Source: Octopus vulgaris | Taxonomy: Eukaryota | DNA: 64,000 bases | Assembly (NCBI GenBank): GCA_951406725.2 | Contig: OX597814.1 | Coordinates: 169,756,001-169,820,000, forward strand | Direction: 5' to 3' | In this document: positions 39,481 through 53,962 of the stretch, piece by piece | Numbering within the stretch: position 1 is the first letter of the stretch | How the letters are laid out: each line of letters opens with the position of its first letter | Notes under the pieces: model-generated | What the model was told of the DNA's origin: nothing | What the model saw: the letters and a program-made list of their open reading frames with translations, nothing else | Database searches by the model: none | Translations under genes and position numbers: made by a program

Positions 39481-40132
39481 CATACACATACATACATACA
39501 TATACTATGCATTCGCAGACAGTGTGTGAATTCCCAATCTATATATTGTGGTATCTTAGCAAGTAAACCTACATACAAGCAAATATCACTAACAAATTTA
39601 TTACCAACATTCGCAGACTCCCTGAAGACTTATTAAACTCGGTGCCCTTCATTAATGCAGAGAGCAATATACCGAAATCTTTCGAAACGATCAAGTCAAA
39701 ATGTTTAGCTTCCAAATGTTTGATTCTATGATTCTATCAATATTTCTTCATGTAAATGAACTCTCATAAATGGTTGCAGATCTGTGTTATAATATTGTTA
39801 AAACTCACTGTGTCCATAATGCATGCAACATCCATTTACTGGCGCTGGAATAAACATGAAAGAGCCAGAATACAACTGACAGATTCTACTGAAAATTTTT
39901 GACTCTGCAAAATTTTCGAAATGAAAATTCAGATAAATCACTAAAGTTGTTGTATGAGGGGGCATGGGGTTGTGGTGGTGACAGTGGTAGGGGAAAATAA
40001 AAAAAAAAAAGCAAAAGCAAAAACAACATCCCCTCCCCCACCGCCATCCAAAGAGATAAAAACATTGCCAAAACAAAACAAAGGCAAGAACCAAACAAAG
40101 ATTTTATTTACATAGTTATTGAGCTGTGTGTC

Positions 40133-40169
<37 letters not shown>

Positions 40170-41127
40170 ATGATATATCATCATCATCATCATAGATGTC
40201 AAGATCATCATCATCATCCCCGCCACCACCACCACCACCACCACCACCACCACCACCACCACCACTACCATCATCATCATCATTATCTGTGATCTTCCGC
40301 CTTCTCTTCATTATTATTTATATATTCCACTCATCATTTTAATCACCATTCCTTAATGGTGACAAACCAAGTCAGTATTAAAAATCAAACGATTTTTATG
40401 AATGAAATCTTCGTTTTATAAATAACGAGGGATTCTTTTGTACCGGGAGTGAGAAAACCCTACTCAATCATGAATGAAATTTCCACCAAATTCAACTTTG
40501 AAGCCACTTCTTGCTGAAATCTCAACAAAAAACAAAAAAAAAACCTTCTCAAAATAACAAAGCAAAACATTTTAAAACTTGTTTTGCTTCGTTATTTCGA
40601 CAAAAACAGTAATTAAAAACAAAATCAGTAATTTAACATAAATTGCACATCTAATGAATTTGTAAAATTAATGACTCGTTCATTTTCTCAGCAAGGATAT
40701 CATTCCTCACCGACCCCTACAGGTGCAATTTGCCCCCTAATATAAATACGGTTTTCCATCTCTCCTCAGTGCAGTTACTTGACCTTTTAGGAATAGTACC
40801 TTAAAAAGGGTACAATTAAAAGGTACTGCTATTTTTAAAAAAGTAAGATATTTTTTATCATTCACTTGTTTCGGTTACAGGGCTGTGGTCATGCTGGGGC
40901 ACCACCTTCAAGGGTTTAGTTGAACAAATCAACTGCCAGTACTTATTTTTTAAGTGTTATACTTACTCTGTCTTTTTGCTCATCTGCTCAGTTACAGGGA
41001 CATAAACAAACCAATACTGGTTGCCAAGCAGTAAAGTTGGGGGCACAAACATGAACATACACATATACATTCATACACACATACACACATAAATACATAC
41101 ATAGATACCTAAACACATACATGCATG

Positions 41128-41167
<40 letters not shown>

Positions 41168-41535
41168 TAACAGGCTGGATATTGTTGTTTGGGTCAGAGA
41201 GGCAAAGGTATGTACCATTATAGAGGTCAGCTGCCCTGCAGATATAAATATCTCTTTCAAAATTAAAGAAAAGGAGGATATCTATGGACAACTGTTTTGA
41301 AACCTCTAGCTTCTATATTAATAATAATTGGACCACTAGGTTTTGTTAGTAAATGCTTAAAGGAGAATCCGGATAAACTGGGATTTTCAGACAGAGAAAT
41401 AAACCAACTAATTCATACATTACAAGTGCAAGACATTTCTCAAGTTCCAAATGTGAATTTGTCTGTGTTAATTACATCCCAAAGATGGAGCCTTGTATCT
41501 TTGTTGGAAACTGGATCCCTCCTCAGTGGAAGATT
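41168..41535 (+). pseudogene. RLE-type non-LTR retrotransposon 3' fragment between (CA)n tracts
   Basis: NRLDIVVWVREAKVCTIIEVSCPADINISFKIKEKEDIYGQL..IIIGPLGFV is a PD-(D/E)xK restriction-like endonuclease signature. Confidence 0.75.
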
Positions 41536-41558
41536 TATAATAATTAAAAAACAGAAGA

Positions 41559-41598
<40 letters not shown>

Positions 41599-41699
41599 TA
41601 CATATATGCATGGATGCATACGTACATAAATACATACATACAGACATACATACACACACACACATACATGCATGGATGCATACATACATAAATACATAC

Positions 41700-42102
41700 A
41701 CACATACATACATACATACATACATACATACATACATACATACATACATACATACATACATACATACATACATACATACATACATACATACATACATACA
41801 TACATACATACATACATACATACATACATACATACATACATACATACATACATACATACATACATACATACATACATACATACATACATACATACATACA
41901 TACATACATACATACATACATACATACATACATACATACATACATACATACATACATACATACATACATACATACATACATACATACATACATACATACA
42001 TACATACATACATACATACATACATACATACATACATACATACATACATACATACATACATACATACATACATACATACATACATACATACATACATACA
42101 TA
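41700..42102. repeat. (CATA)n microsatellite, ~400 bp
   Basis: Direct observation. Confidence 0.98.
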
Positions 42103-42502
42103 AATAAATAAATAAATAAATAAATGTATATATAACTCTAAAGCCAAATGCAGAAAGTAAAACTGATACAAAAACTGACTCTATAGAAATATAAAAATGG
42201 CATTGAATAATGATCCAAATACTGGAAAGTTCTATTATATTCAAACTTTGCAGAACTACTAGCAGTTCATAAATTATGGTTGGTATGGGCAACTTCAAGA
42301 TTGTTTGCTGGATCAATGCAAGTGCCTTATTGAGCTACCGAGACTCAATCAAATATATTAATATTGCCTTATCAACTGCATTTTTTCCTCAACTTTTCAA
42401 AAGCATATCGTTCTCCTTATCCTATTTAAGGTCGTCTTTATGTTTTATTTTCATTTTATAAAGGAATCATTTCCTAGCTTGTAGCTCCCCATTGACTACA
42501 TA

Positions 42503-42888
42503 CAGTGCTGGATTAACCATTAAGGAAAATAAGCACATGCTTAGGGCATCAAGGGCTGGAGGGCTACCACAGGAATTGTAAATGGTTTACAGCACAAAAG
42601 AAATCACTTCAAACTTGCTAAAATAATATTCGAGATGCCTTTATGTGTTACCTATGACTAATTTTGAGGATCTGATCAAAGACTTTGCAATTCAAAAAAG
42701 TAGGAGGAAATTTTTGAAATATAGATAAAGTAGAAGTATACAAAAATAAACATTATTTTCCCTTTTACTGTTTTGTTTCGTTTTGAAAAATAAAAATTTA
42801 TTTTATGGTTTGTTATTGTTTATATTTTGAATTAGATAATCTTTTATGAGAGCACCAATGGGTCTCAATGGGTTTTAATCTGGACCTG
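42503..42888 (+). mobile_element. Non-autonomous hAT (Tip100/Blackjack-like)
   Basis: TIRs cagtgctggattaa / ttaatctggacctg; 8-bp TSD actacata/acaacata; residual EDLIKDFAIQKSRRK C-terminus. Confidence 0.75.
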
Positions 42889-43562
42889 ACAACATACTTT
42901 CATTCATTTTCTATACACACTATAAGGCCTACTCACTTCATTCCGTGACATTGTAAGAGAGTTTCTATGTTTACAACTCATGAATTCCAAAACCTCAACA
43001 CCAGTCATCAAGTCTCTCCAAGATATATGCAAAATTTGTCAAAACACTTTTACTGAAAACGCTTCAACTGATTTACATATTTTCAATATAATGTCCATAT
43101 TTCACAGCCACACAACAAAATACACAGGAGACATGTTTTGAAATTAAATATTTAATGTCATTTTTTTTTATGCGATTGAGACAATAGTAAAGATTGTAAT
43201 TTTCTAAAAGACATTCATTTATGATTCCTAAATTCTGTTTCCAGTTTTGTCCTCAAGATTTGAATCTCACTTTAACATGTTGCAGGATATTTAAAGGAAG
43301 CTATGTTTTCCTAAGTTTTACCATATACCACTATCGTAGGTTCCATGTGAGGCATTAATTCTAGGACAGAGCTGATAAAGAATAACAGTTTTACTCAGAT
43401 TTATACATCATAATCATCATCATCCTTTAATGCTTATCTCCTATGTTGGCACGGGGTGGATGGTTTGACATGATCTGACTAGCCTGAGTGTTTGGAAGAC
43501 TCCAGTACCTGCTTTCTACAGCTGGATACCCGTCCTAACATCAACCACTTTGCAGAATGTAA

Positions 43563-43797
43563 AAGGCAGCAAGCTGGCAGAAATGTTAGCATGCCGGGCG
43601 AAATGCTTAGTGGTATTTCGTCTGCCGTTACATTCTGAGTTCAAATTCCGCCAAGGTCGACTTTGCCTTTCATCCTTTCCAGGTCGATTAAATAAGTACC
43701 AGTTACGCACTGGGGTCGATATAATCGACTTAATCCCTTTGTCTGTCCTTGTTTGTCCTCTCTTGTGTGTAGCCCCTTGTGGGTAATAAAGAAATAA
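43563..43797 (+). mobile_element. Full-length MetaSINE-type element inserted in an old RTE tail
   Basis: Head, B box, Meta core, tail gccccttgtgggtaataaagaaat; agaatgta on both flanks. Confidence 0.88.
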
Positions 43798-46271
43798 GAA
43801 TGTATTAAGGACTTCTCTGTGACACCAGCACTAATAAGGTCACCAAGTAATTCACAGAACATGACCCTTTGCTAGAGTGGTGCTGAGGGAGTGGGCTGTG
43901 TACCAGGTGTTGAGAGGCTAAAGTATGAAAGAAGAACAGTTGTCTTGCTGTAGAGGAGATACGTGGTGATCCCAGTAGGAAAGGGAAAAAAGGGCAGTGG
44001 AGATGAAGATAAAAGAAAGCTGAACAGAGAGAGAATGGCTGGGAGAGTAAGTTCATGAGAGTGTGAAGGGAGAATGATTAACAGATGAGATGAAGACAGA
44101 AGTGAATACAGTGAATGGTGACCATGGATGGCAGCATGGATAATGGCAAGTTTCAGTTTGAGGAGAATGCAAGGAAAATAGAAGTGAGTCACAGAAGATG
44201 AGGTGATAGGTGTTAATATATACATAAGTGTTGTAGTCCAATGCCAGACTGCTGTAACGTCCACTCCAGTATAGCAGTACAGTTAGTTAGACAAGTAAAG
44301 ACATGACTATCTATGACCACTTGACTTCCTACATCACAGTATTTGTAACGACTAGCACATACCACTTATCATGTGGGAGGAGTGTTCCATTATTATTATT
44401 ATCCCCATAAGAAGAAGAAAGGAGAAGTGTGGAGAACTGCAGGATAATAAAAACTGTAGACAGATGAGAATTAAGGCGATGGGGAAGAAGCACAAGGACA
44501 GAGACAGAGGTTAGAAGTATATAGGGTATAAGGTTGGATAAAGTGAGTTACAAGTGGGTGGCTTAGTGATTAAGGTGTTGGATTGTGGTTTTGATTCCTG
44601 GACCATTGTGTTCTTGAGCAAAACACTTTATTTTCACGTTGCACCAGTCCACTCAGCTGGGGAAAATGAGTAATCCTGCAATGGACCAGCGTCCCATCCA
44701 GGTGGGAAATATATGCACCATAAAACTGGGAAACTAGCCCAGGTAATTTTATCTCTTTATCTTATGGCAGATATGAGAGGGTGTTCAGGGGAAAGAGGCA
44801 TTTTCTGGATATATAATGGTAAGTGATAATGCTGGGAGCGTGGGATGGAGAGAAAAAAAGCGATTCCAAGAAGAGGCATAACTAGTGGCACATGAATGGG
44901 AAAGGAATATGTGCAGTTCTGTTCTCATATAATTACAGTAGCTGAGAAATAAAGCATTTATATATGTGTGTATATATGTATGTATGTGCATGTATATGTA
45001 TGTATATACTTATATATATATATATATATATATTTGTCCATATGTATATATACACCCACGCACATACACAAATATATATAGACATATATACAAATATATA
45101 TATATAAATATATATGAAGCAACCTTAACAATAGCTAATACCTTTAATGTGTATAAAATTTTTCCTTTCTGAATCAGTTCATAAAATAAATCACATCCTA
45201 TATTGCATATATTTCCTGTGCTTTTTTTTTTCTCCTTAAAATTTCTTTTTATCTTTCAACATCAAAACTATAAACCTGAAACTGTTTTAATCAATAAAAA
45301 TGCTCCAATTTGCACTTTTCTCTGCTACTTAACAAGAGAGATAGAAGCAGAAGCACATATTTCTTCTTGAGCTGATTGCTTATTTCAACAGACTTATCTG
45401 TAATCCAAGCCTAGCTGTCTAATCCAATACGATAAATGCAGATGCTGTTTATTTTCATGGTGAAAATCTTTAGAAGACTCACTTTGACGTGTGTCACATT
45501 TTCAGGACACTCAAACCAGTGGAGAAGCAAGCAATCTCACTTATAGAATGTTGACTGACCTTTATTGTCAGTAAAATCAGTTAATTTTGGTATATTTGCT
45601 TCTAACTTGAGTAAACACAAATAGGATTCTAACTACAAAATACAGCTATCAGTTGTTGACACTATGTACACAGCTGAAGTTAAACTCAAGATGGAGTACT
45701 GCTCTTGTGTACGGGATACTGCTGCAGTTATTACTATGAGTACTACTACTGCTCCTACTACTGTTATTCAGATAACTGTCTTAAGATTTGAATTTAAAGA
45801 GAAAACTACCTGACAAATTACAACCTCTAGTGTGTCAACATGCTATCTCTATCTTTCTTCTGATAATTCTACTGACATTACAATGGCATCTCCTTCTCAG
45901 AGTTACTTAAGCTTTTTGAAACATATTCATCCTTTCCTCTGTTATCAATCCAACTGCATCATATACAGATATGCATATATATTTATATACACATACTCAC
46001 ACACACACACACACATGCACAAACACAATCATCATCATCATCATCATCATCATTGTCGTTGTCGTCGTCATCACCAATGTTTTAATGTCCACTTTTCTAT
46101 GGTTGCCTGGGATGAAGAGAATTGGCGGAGGCAGATTTTCTATTGGATGCATGCCCTTCTAGTCACTAACTCTCACCTGTTTCCAAGTAAGGTAATATTT
46201 CACCATAACCAGACATATTTATACAGAAGATTAAAAAATGTCAAGGTACATATATATATATATATATGTGT

Positions 46272-46328
<57 letters not shown>

Positions 46329-46410
46329 GGAATTAGTGGCACAACAAAGTACCAATTTTTATCCTGCTTTATTTTGATAGAAAATAATACTATTGTATTG
46401 TAATAATATT

Positions 46411-46442
<32 letters not shown>

Positions 46443-46722
46443 CACACGCATATATATATACATACATATACATACATACATACATATACAAATATATATG
46501 TGTGTGTCTGTTTGTCTATTTGTGCCTGTGTATACATATTTTTTTTTTCTTAATATTTAGCAGAAGTAACAGTGACTCAAGGTCTGAGTGTTTTGTGCAT
46601 TGGCACTTATTGAACAAGTCACAGGTCGAAGGCCCATGAGTTTATGTTACTGTTGATCAATAAATAAATAAATAATATATTTTCCTAAATGATAAGCACA
46701 CTCTAAGATATAGAGCGATAGA

Positions 46723-46845
46723 ATATTTAGAGAAAGATAGTTATGGTGAGTTCATTGGTTACCCAGGGTTTTGCGTCCAAGCGCTTTATGGACTTGAAAC
46801 CCTGGGTAACCCAATGAACTGGCCATAACTGCCTTCTCTAAATAT
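46723..46845. repeat. ~120-bp hairpin or small MITE
   Basis: atatttagagaa..gttcattggttacccagggttt ... aaaccctgggtaacccaatgaac..ttctctaaatat. Confidence 0.8.
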
Positions 46846-47270
46846 ACACACATATAGGCTTTCACTTCATACACGCCAGATAAATTTGATTTGTTTTCAG
46901 CTGAAAGACACCTGTTGTTATTTCTTGCTGTTTGTATTCCTAATTGTGTACCATGTTCTCCGATTTTTTGTTTGTTTGTTCTATTTTGTCTTTGTTGCCG
47001 TACACATTTGCTAGCTTTTTTACAAAGGGGTCTAATACTCTTAGCTTACAATTTGATGGAGGTGGGGGGGGGGGCAACCAGTTCGAACCATCGCAAGTGT
47101 AACTGCCCGAAATGGTTGTGACTTCTGGAACTTGACTGAGGAAAGAAAGCCACGAATGTCCCATATTTTTTTCACCTGTCCTTCTAATTGCTGTTTCTCT
47201 TGTCTGCCTTTGTATCAACTATATGTCCGAATGTTTTAATGTCCTCTATTGCGTTTTTGTTTCATTTATA

Positions 47271-47490
47271 TACGAGGGGGTGCTGAAAAGTCCTGGTTTT
47301 GGGTAAAAGAAAATACAGGAGGATCAGTTAATTATGATTTTATTGAACATGTTTCCTTCTTGGATTCACACACTTATTGCAGTAGTCCTTCAGCTTTTCT
47401 AAGTTCTGTAAAAGAACTTGGAAGGTTGGTCCTCCAACCGAGCCTTTTGTGATACCTGTTAAGCCAGGAACTTTTCAGCACACCCTCATG
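47271..47490. mobile_element. Tc1/mariner MITE
   Basis: TIRs tacgagggggtgctgaaaagtcctgg / ccaggaacttttcagcacaccctcat; TA at the left flank. Confidence 0.8.
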
Positions 47491-47503
47491 CATACATACA
47501 TGC

Positions 47504-47547
<44 letters not shown>

Positions 47548-48174
47548 GCTGTGTGGTAAGTAGCTTGCTTACGAACCACATGGTTCTGGTTCAGTCCCAC
47601 TGCATGGTACCTTGGGCAAGTGTCTTCTACTACAGCCTCGGGCTGACCAAAGCCTTGTTACTGGTATTGGTAGACAGAAACTGAAAGAAACACGTCGTAT
47701 ATATGTGTATATATATATATATATCTTTATATATGTATGTATGTATGTATGTATGTGTGTGTGTGTGTGTTTGTGTGTCTATGATTGTCCCCCCAACATT
47801 GCTTGACAACCGATGCTGATGTGTTTACATACCCATAACTTAGTGGTTTGGCTAAAGAGACCGATAGAATAAGTACTAGGCTTACAAAGAATAAGTCCTG
47901 GGGTCGATTTGCTCGACTAAAGGCAGTGCTCCAGCATGGACGCAGTCAAATGACTGAAACAAGTAAAAGAGTAAAAAGAGTATATATAAATATACACACA
48001 CACACTCATAATACCATCAACTCCTTGTCTGTTCCAAGTTCTGTTCTTGGATGTTTCCTGAAGTATATCAGCTCTGTTATTGTTTTTTCCCCTTGTTTTC
48101 CTTTAATGTTTTCCTTTGGAAGATAAAGGATTGTGAGACTCTCCAAAATTTCTCATAGTGCAACATACCCAGTT

Positions 48175-48226
<52 letters not shown>

Positions 48227-50360
48227 CATCTCACAATATTTAACTGGTACTTAATGTATCAACACGGAAGGATGAAAGGTAAAGTTAACCTCAGTGTGCA
48301 AACAGTAGAACAAATATTATGTGTGCTGCACAGTTTTTTATGTTATAATCATTTCCATGGGTGGTAGAGATATTGAATTTTAAAAGATGAATCATGATGG
48401 AGAATAATTCCTCCTTCCAACTCAATATAACTCTTACATCTCTCAGTCTAGTGCATGTTTGTGTATGCATGTATGTTTGTGTGTGCTTATGTAGGTTTCT
48501 TTGTGTGTGTGTAAGTGTATGCACGTGTGTGTATTGTGTGTTAGTATTTGTGTTTGCGTACTTAGGTATATATAATCTAGGTATGTGGCTTCATGGTTAG
48601 GGTATTTGACTCACAATCATAAGGCCATGAGTTCAATTCCCAGTAATGCGTTGTGTCCTTGAGCAAGATACTTTATTCCACATTGTTCCAGTCCACTCAG
48701 CTTTTTACTTCATGGTGCATTAGAGAGAAAATTAAAAAATACTGTTCTCAGGGAAAATTAAAAAACATTAAATTTTGAAATTCATCCTCTTAAAAAAAGA
48801 AGAGGTCACATAATGTGATCTTGTGTTCCCTGTACATTGGAAAACAGACAGGTTTGTCATGGCTAGAATGCCTTTGGTCATAGGTATACTCATAGAGCCA
48901 AGCTGGGGCTACACAACAACAACCACTTGGTCCAGCCTTTTGTTACGTTTTCTCATGATGTTGGATATCATATGATCTAACTTCATTTATTCTTCTCGTG
49001 TCTTTCTCTATTATAGACACCTTTGTAGTCAAATGTGTTTATGACTCATTGCTACATGTCCATCCATCACACATTGTCCATTTATCACTTACTGATACCA
49101 GCTGAGTTCTTTACTCAGCCTTTAATACTCAATCATTTTCTCAGTTCATATGTTTGCCTACCCTCTGTACAAATATTAACAAGCTTATCACTTTTATATG
49201 AATAGAATGGCCTCAACTGCTGCTACCAAGTATTGTGCTGTAGTGTACTGGTTCACTGCAAGAGTTATCTGGGTGTGTGCTGTGATTCTTAAAAATATAA
49301 TTTAAGACTTCAAAAACCCTGTACTAAGTTGTGAACATCTTAGAAAATGTGTTTATTGAAAAATTTTTTCATATGCAAGTATGATTAATAATTTTACCTT
49401 GTTGTGTCGTGTTCCTGCTTTAGCAGGAATGATTTAAATGTCATCTCTGCCGGATTCCCACAAAAAGCAGTAATAAGCAGCATACGTAGAAAAAGAAGAT
49501 ATAATTCTAAACTCAGTCAGCTGATCACATATTGCAGCTTTGTAGTCAAATGTGTTTATGACTCATTGCTAATGGTCCCCTCCATAGCTGTTACTCCTTT
49601 TGGTTTTTAATCAAAAAAGCCCTGATTTTGTGATGAGGCGAGTGTGTAATGAACCCAACACTTCATCTTATAAACAAGCAAGGCCTAGACTCTTTGCAGT
49701 TGAGGAAATTACTCATTTCGTTTAATATCCGCTTTCCATGCTAGCATGGGTTGGACGATTTGACTGAGGACCAGTGAACCATATTTTTTCTTCAGACAAA
49801 GAATTTACACTTACACCAGCAATGAGAGTGATTTTGACAATCAAACAGGTGAAAGAGATGGGGTAAGTAGTGATTCAGGTGAACAAATATGGTAGATGAG
49901 ATATAGACCTATATTGTTATTCTCCTTAATTTTTTTTTTTTGATTCTGTTCATCAGTTTGCCTAATAAATATGGCATTCAAGAGAAAGGTCTATTATTGT
50001 TATTTTTCTGAATATTTTTGAAATTTTGTCCATTCGTTTACCTGCGCTTGTTAATCTTGAGCTGTATAAGCAACCATTTATTTTTGTTCAAGAGCCCAGG
50101 TGGAGGATAAAGTTTAACACAAGGGCCCAGGTCTGAGAAGATTAAATTTGGATACAAGACCAACAATTTCAGTGGGAGGGGCTAGTCAAGTGTACCGACC
50201 CCAGTACTATATTGGTATTTTATTTTATTGGCCCCAAATGAATGAAAGGCAAAACTGACCTCAGTAAGATTTGAGTACATCACATAAGGAACTAGAAGAA
50301 ATATTGTTAAGTACTTAGTTCAACATGTTAATGTTTCTGCCAGCTCACTATCTTTACAGG

Positions 50361-50941
50361 CAGTGTTTCTCAACCTTATTACCCTTGCATAACCTTTAAA
50401 ATAAATTACATGTCTCAAGGAACACGTGCACAAAAAAAAAATTATATACCATATCTTTCTCATATTTTTTCATCTTAGTTCACATGGTAAATGTCATATA
50501 TATCATCATCATCATCGTTTAACGTCCGTTTTCCATGCTAGCATGGGTTGGACAGTTCGACCAGGTTCTGGGAAGCCAGGGGCCTGCACCAAGCTCCAGT
50601 CTGATCTGGCAGTGTTTCTACAGCTGGATGCCCTTCCTAACACCAACCACTCCATTGAGTGTAGTGAGTGCTTTTTACATACCACCTGCACAGGGGCCAG
50701 GGGAGGCTGGCAACGGCCATGATCGGTTGGTGTTTTTTACATGCCACCAGCACAGAAGCCAGTCAAGGCAGCGCTGGCATTGGCCACGTTCAGCTGGTGC
50801 TTTTTACATGCCACCGGCACGGGTATCACAACTACAATTTATATATATATATATTATGATCATGAAATTAACATTAGCTATCTCACTCTTTCTCGCAGAA
50901 CCCCTAGGAACTTTTTGCAGAAGCCCAGTTGAGAAATGCTG
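50361..50941. mobile_element. hAT (Charlie-like) MITE with a nested RTE 3' end (50504-50838)
   Basis: TIRs cagtgtttctcaac / gttgagaaatgctg; 8-bp TSD tttacagg/ttcacagg. Confidence 0.85.
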
Positions 50942-52309
50942 TTCACAGGTATAATAAATAAAACAACAGTAAGCTACAGTTTTTTATATTTTTTTCTAAA
51001 TTTCAAAATTTAAAACAGTTCTTTTTTGTTTAACTTTCCCTGTGAAGAGCACCAATACTTTTTATTTGATCTCCAGTGTGCCATAAAGTTAAAATAAAAA
51101 CAACCTAAGATCAGAAAGCAGTAGCATAACTAATAACAGTTGTATTATAAATTTTAAAACAATAAAGCAGCAATTGAAAAAAAAGTCTTGTATACGGTAT
51201 AATGTTGTTAAGTATTGACTGTAGAAATATTAACATATTTTGGAAGAGCCATATTAAAACTGATAGACAAACTGCTTGTTTCTTACCATAAGGTAAATTT
51301 TCTTTAACCCTTTATTGTTCAGATTAATTTGTCAAATATAATGCTTATCTGTTCACATTAATTTTGATTTATTCAGGTTCAAGTGGGGTATTCACAATAT
51401 TTGCTTGTAACTTTGTTAATTTTCTACATACAGATTTGAAATTTTGTAAATGGGTGCTTATATGCCAGTGGTTTATAGTTACATAATTTTAACTGATCAT
51501 TCTGATTAAATTTGAATTTTATGGACAGGTAAATTTAATTAAAAGGTGTAAAAACAATAACATTATGAATAAACACTAAAATTCATATTCTTAATACATC
51601 TTACCTGTTTAATTTGTTACTAAAATTATCCCAGATGTCAACTGCCAACAATTTTACATTTTACAAGATAAGGTACATTAATTTGAATTAATAAAAATAC
51701 AGGTGTAATCAGTACAAGATTTTATTCTTTCTCTATATTTTATTCAAACATTTTCATTGAAAATAATGTACAAAACTCTTTTACAAGTCAATATAGCATT
51801 AGCTGTGTACTCTTATACAATTTAATGAATTCATTTACGTAACAGAATGCAACTAATAAAAGAAAGCTCATTAACAGGTGAGACAAAGGTGAATACAGGT
51901 GTGTAACATACTGAAAATTAATATGTATTTCTCACTTCCACATATTATTTATAATAAAATGAAAAGGAATATATGACAAAATAATATCTTTTTCTTTTAT
52001 CTTTTATCTTTTACTTGTTTCAGTCATTTGACTGCGGCCATGCTGGAGCACCGCCTTTTAGTCAAGCAAATCGACCCTGGGGCTTATTCTTTGTAAGCCC
52101 AGTACTTATTCTATCGGTCTCTTTTGCCGAACCGCTAAGTGACGGGGACGTAAACACACCAGGGGAACAAACACAGACACACAAACACATACACACACAT
52201 ATATATATATGCATATATATGACAGGCTTCTTTCAGTTTCCATCTACCAAATCCACTCACAAGGCTTTGGTCGGCCCGGGGCTATATATAGTTATAAAAT
52301 AATATAGTT

Positions 52310-53909
52310 ATGACATATTTCTGCATGAAACTGTCCAAAGCACCCTTTACAGAAAGGCACTGCAAAAAGAACACATATATGAAGTCTTAATCTGATACCC
52401 TATTGCAGTTTTTCTTTTTTGCAGTAAACACAGTCTGCAAACTTTCTTCCATTTATCTTTTCGACTTTATGAAAGTCAATATTTTCTCTATTGACATCCA
52501 CCTCAGTTAATTTTGCTTTTCTCCCTGTTCTGTGCTTTCTAGAAGAAAAAGCCCTCACATAACTGAGATGCAATGTCAGCTTGAAAGTTCAAATGGTTGT
52601 AGTCCTTTGGTGGCTTTTTACATTTACAATATATGAATTAACTATAGTTAAATTAACTAAAAACCGCAAAATGTACCTCTACCATTTCTTCCCAGGTTGA
52701 CCGATATTGGTCAGATTTATCAACCCCACCCATATATTTGTTACAACAAATATTCACTAGGGGTTTTCTCTAGGCACCAACACCAGGTTGTTCATTAGTA
52801 GACAGAAATAAAATTTGTCTTTTGTCTTTGAAAGCAGTAGCTAATAAATTTTCCTTTTACATTTGTAAAATGTCCCCTCTTTTTTGTAATTTTGTTTTCA
52901 TTTCACAGGGTAAACCTTTACAGTTGCTCATAACAGTACTGCACATGTAAGTACTTACACGGGCAAAATTTTCTGCCAAAGCCACTGAAGTAAAAAAATC
53001 GGTCAAAATAGAGGTGTCAGTGCTGATGGTGAAATGGTTCAGTAAGAGACCCTACTACATCATGTCCTAATCCATGTGGTCTGTTTCTATTATATTTTTT
53101 ACCTGTATGAACATCAAAATTTACACAATATCCTATGTCTGATTCACAAACTTCTTATACCTTGATCCTCCATTTAGTGGGTTTGGCAGGCATGTACTGC
53201 AGAAAATGTACTCTGCCCTTATAGCCTATCATGGCTTCATCTACACTGAGATTTTTCCAAGGTAGATACACAGTTTTATAACTATTAAGGCGTAAATCAA
53301 TTACAGGGGATTATAATTTGGGTCATTTTTCCTGGGGGCATTAACAGAATCAAATGTAAATTCTGAGATATTTTCGAATACCTCATCTTTGACATTATAC
53401 TTGAGATATGGATCACCATATCTTATATCAGGACTCCAGTAGTTTCACAGTCAAGGAAGCTGTTTAACACCAAACATAATATTGATTGTGAAAAACTCTC
53501 TCATTTCTGCAGAATAAGTTGGCTGCCTTAGTGGAACGTTTCTTCCACAAATAGAAATTAGACGTTGTGCATATTTGTTTGTTTCCTCCATAACATTTTC
53601 AAAACAACTTTCCGGTAAAAGTAAAAATAGATAGTCCAATGGTTGAGCATCAGGAGGTAAATTGTGTTGTGGACCAGTGTTTTCTGTGAAATCAGGAATA
53701 GTGATTGGTGTTGTAATCTTTGACCATCATGCCATGTTTACGATATCATTTTCATCACTTTTGTTTCCAAAATCTTCCTCGTCCAATGAATATTCGCTAA
53801 TATTGATATCAGATTCATCTGAAGACAAAATACCCTTGTTTTCATTTATATTTTCTATATCATCAAGAGTAAAACCTTCAAAGTTGGAATCATTACCTGC
53901 TGACGCCAT
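52310..53909 (-). pseudogene. piggyBac (PGBD4-like) transposase pseudogene
   Basis: Acidic N-terminus MASAGNDSNFEGF; ETNKYAQ; catalytic triad LSVDEAM, LYFDRFF, VGVDKSDQ; YMPAKPTKW; C-terminal CRLC..CSFC Cys-rich domain; many stops and frameshifts. Confidence 0.92.
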
Positions 53910-53962
53910 TTCATTAAAAACTAAGGTACAGACTTCTCTTCAAACATTGAAAAAAAACCCAT

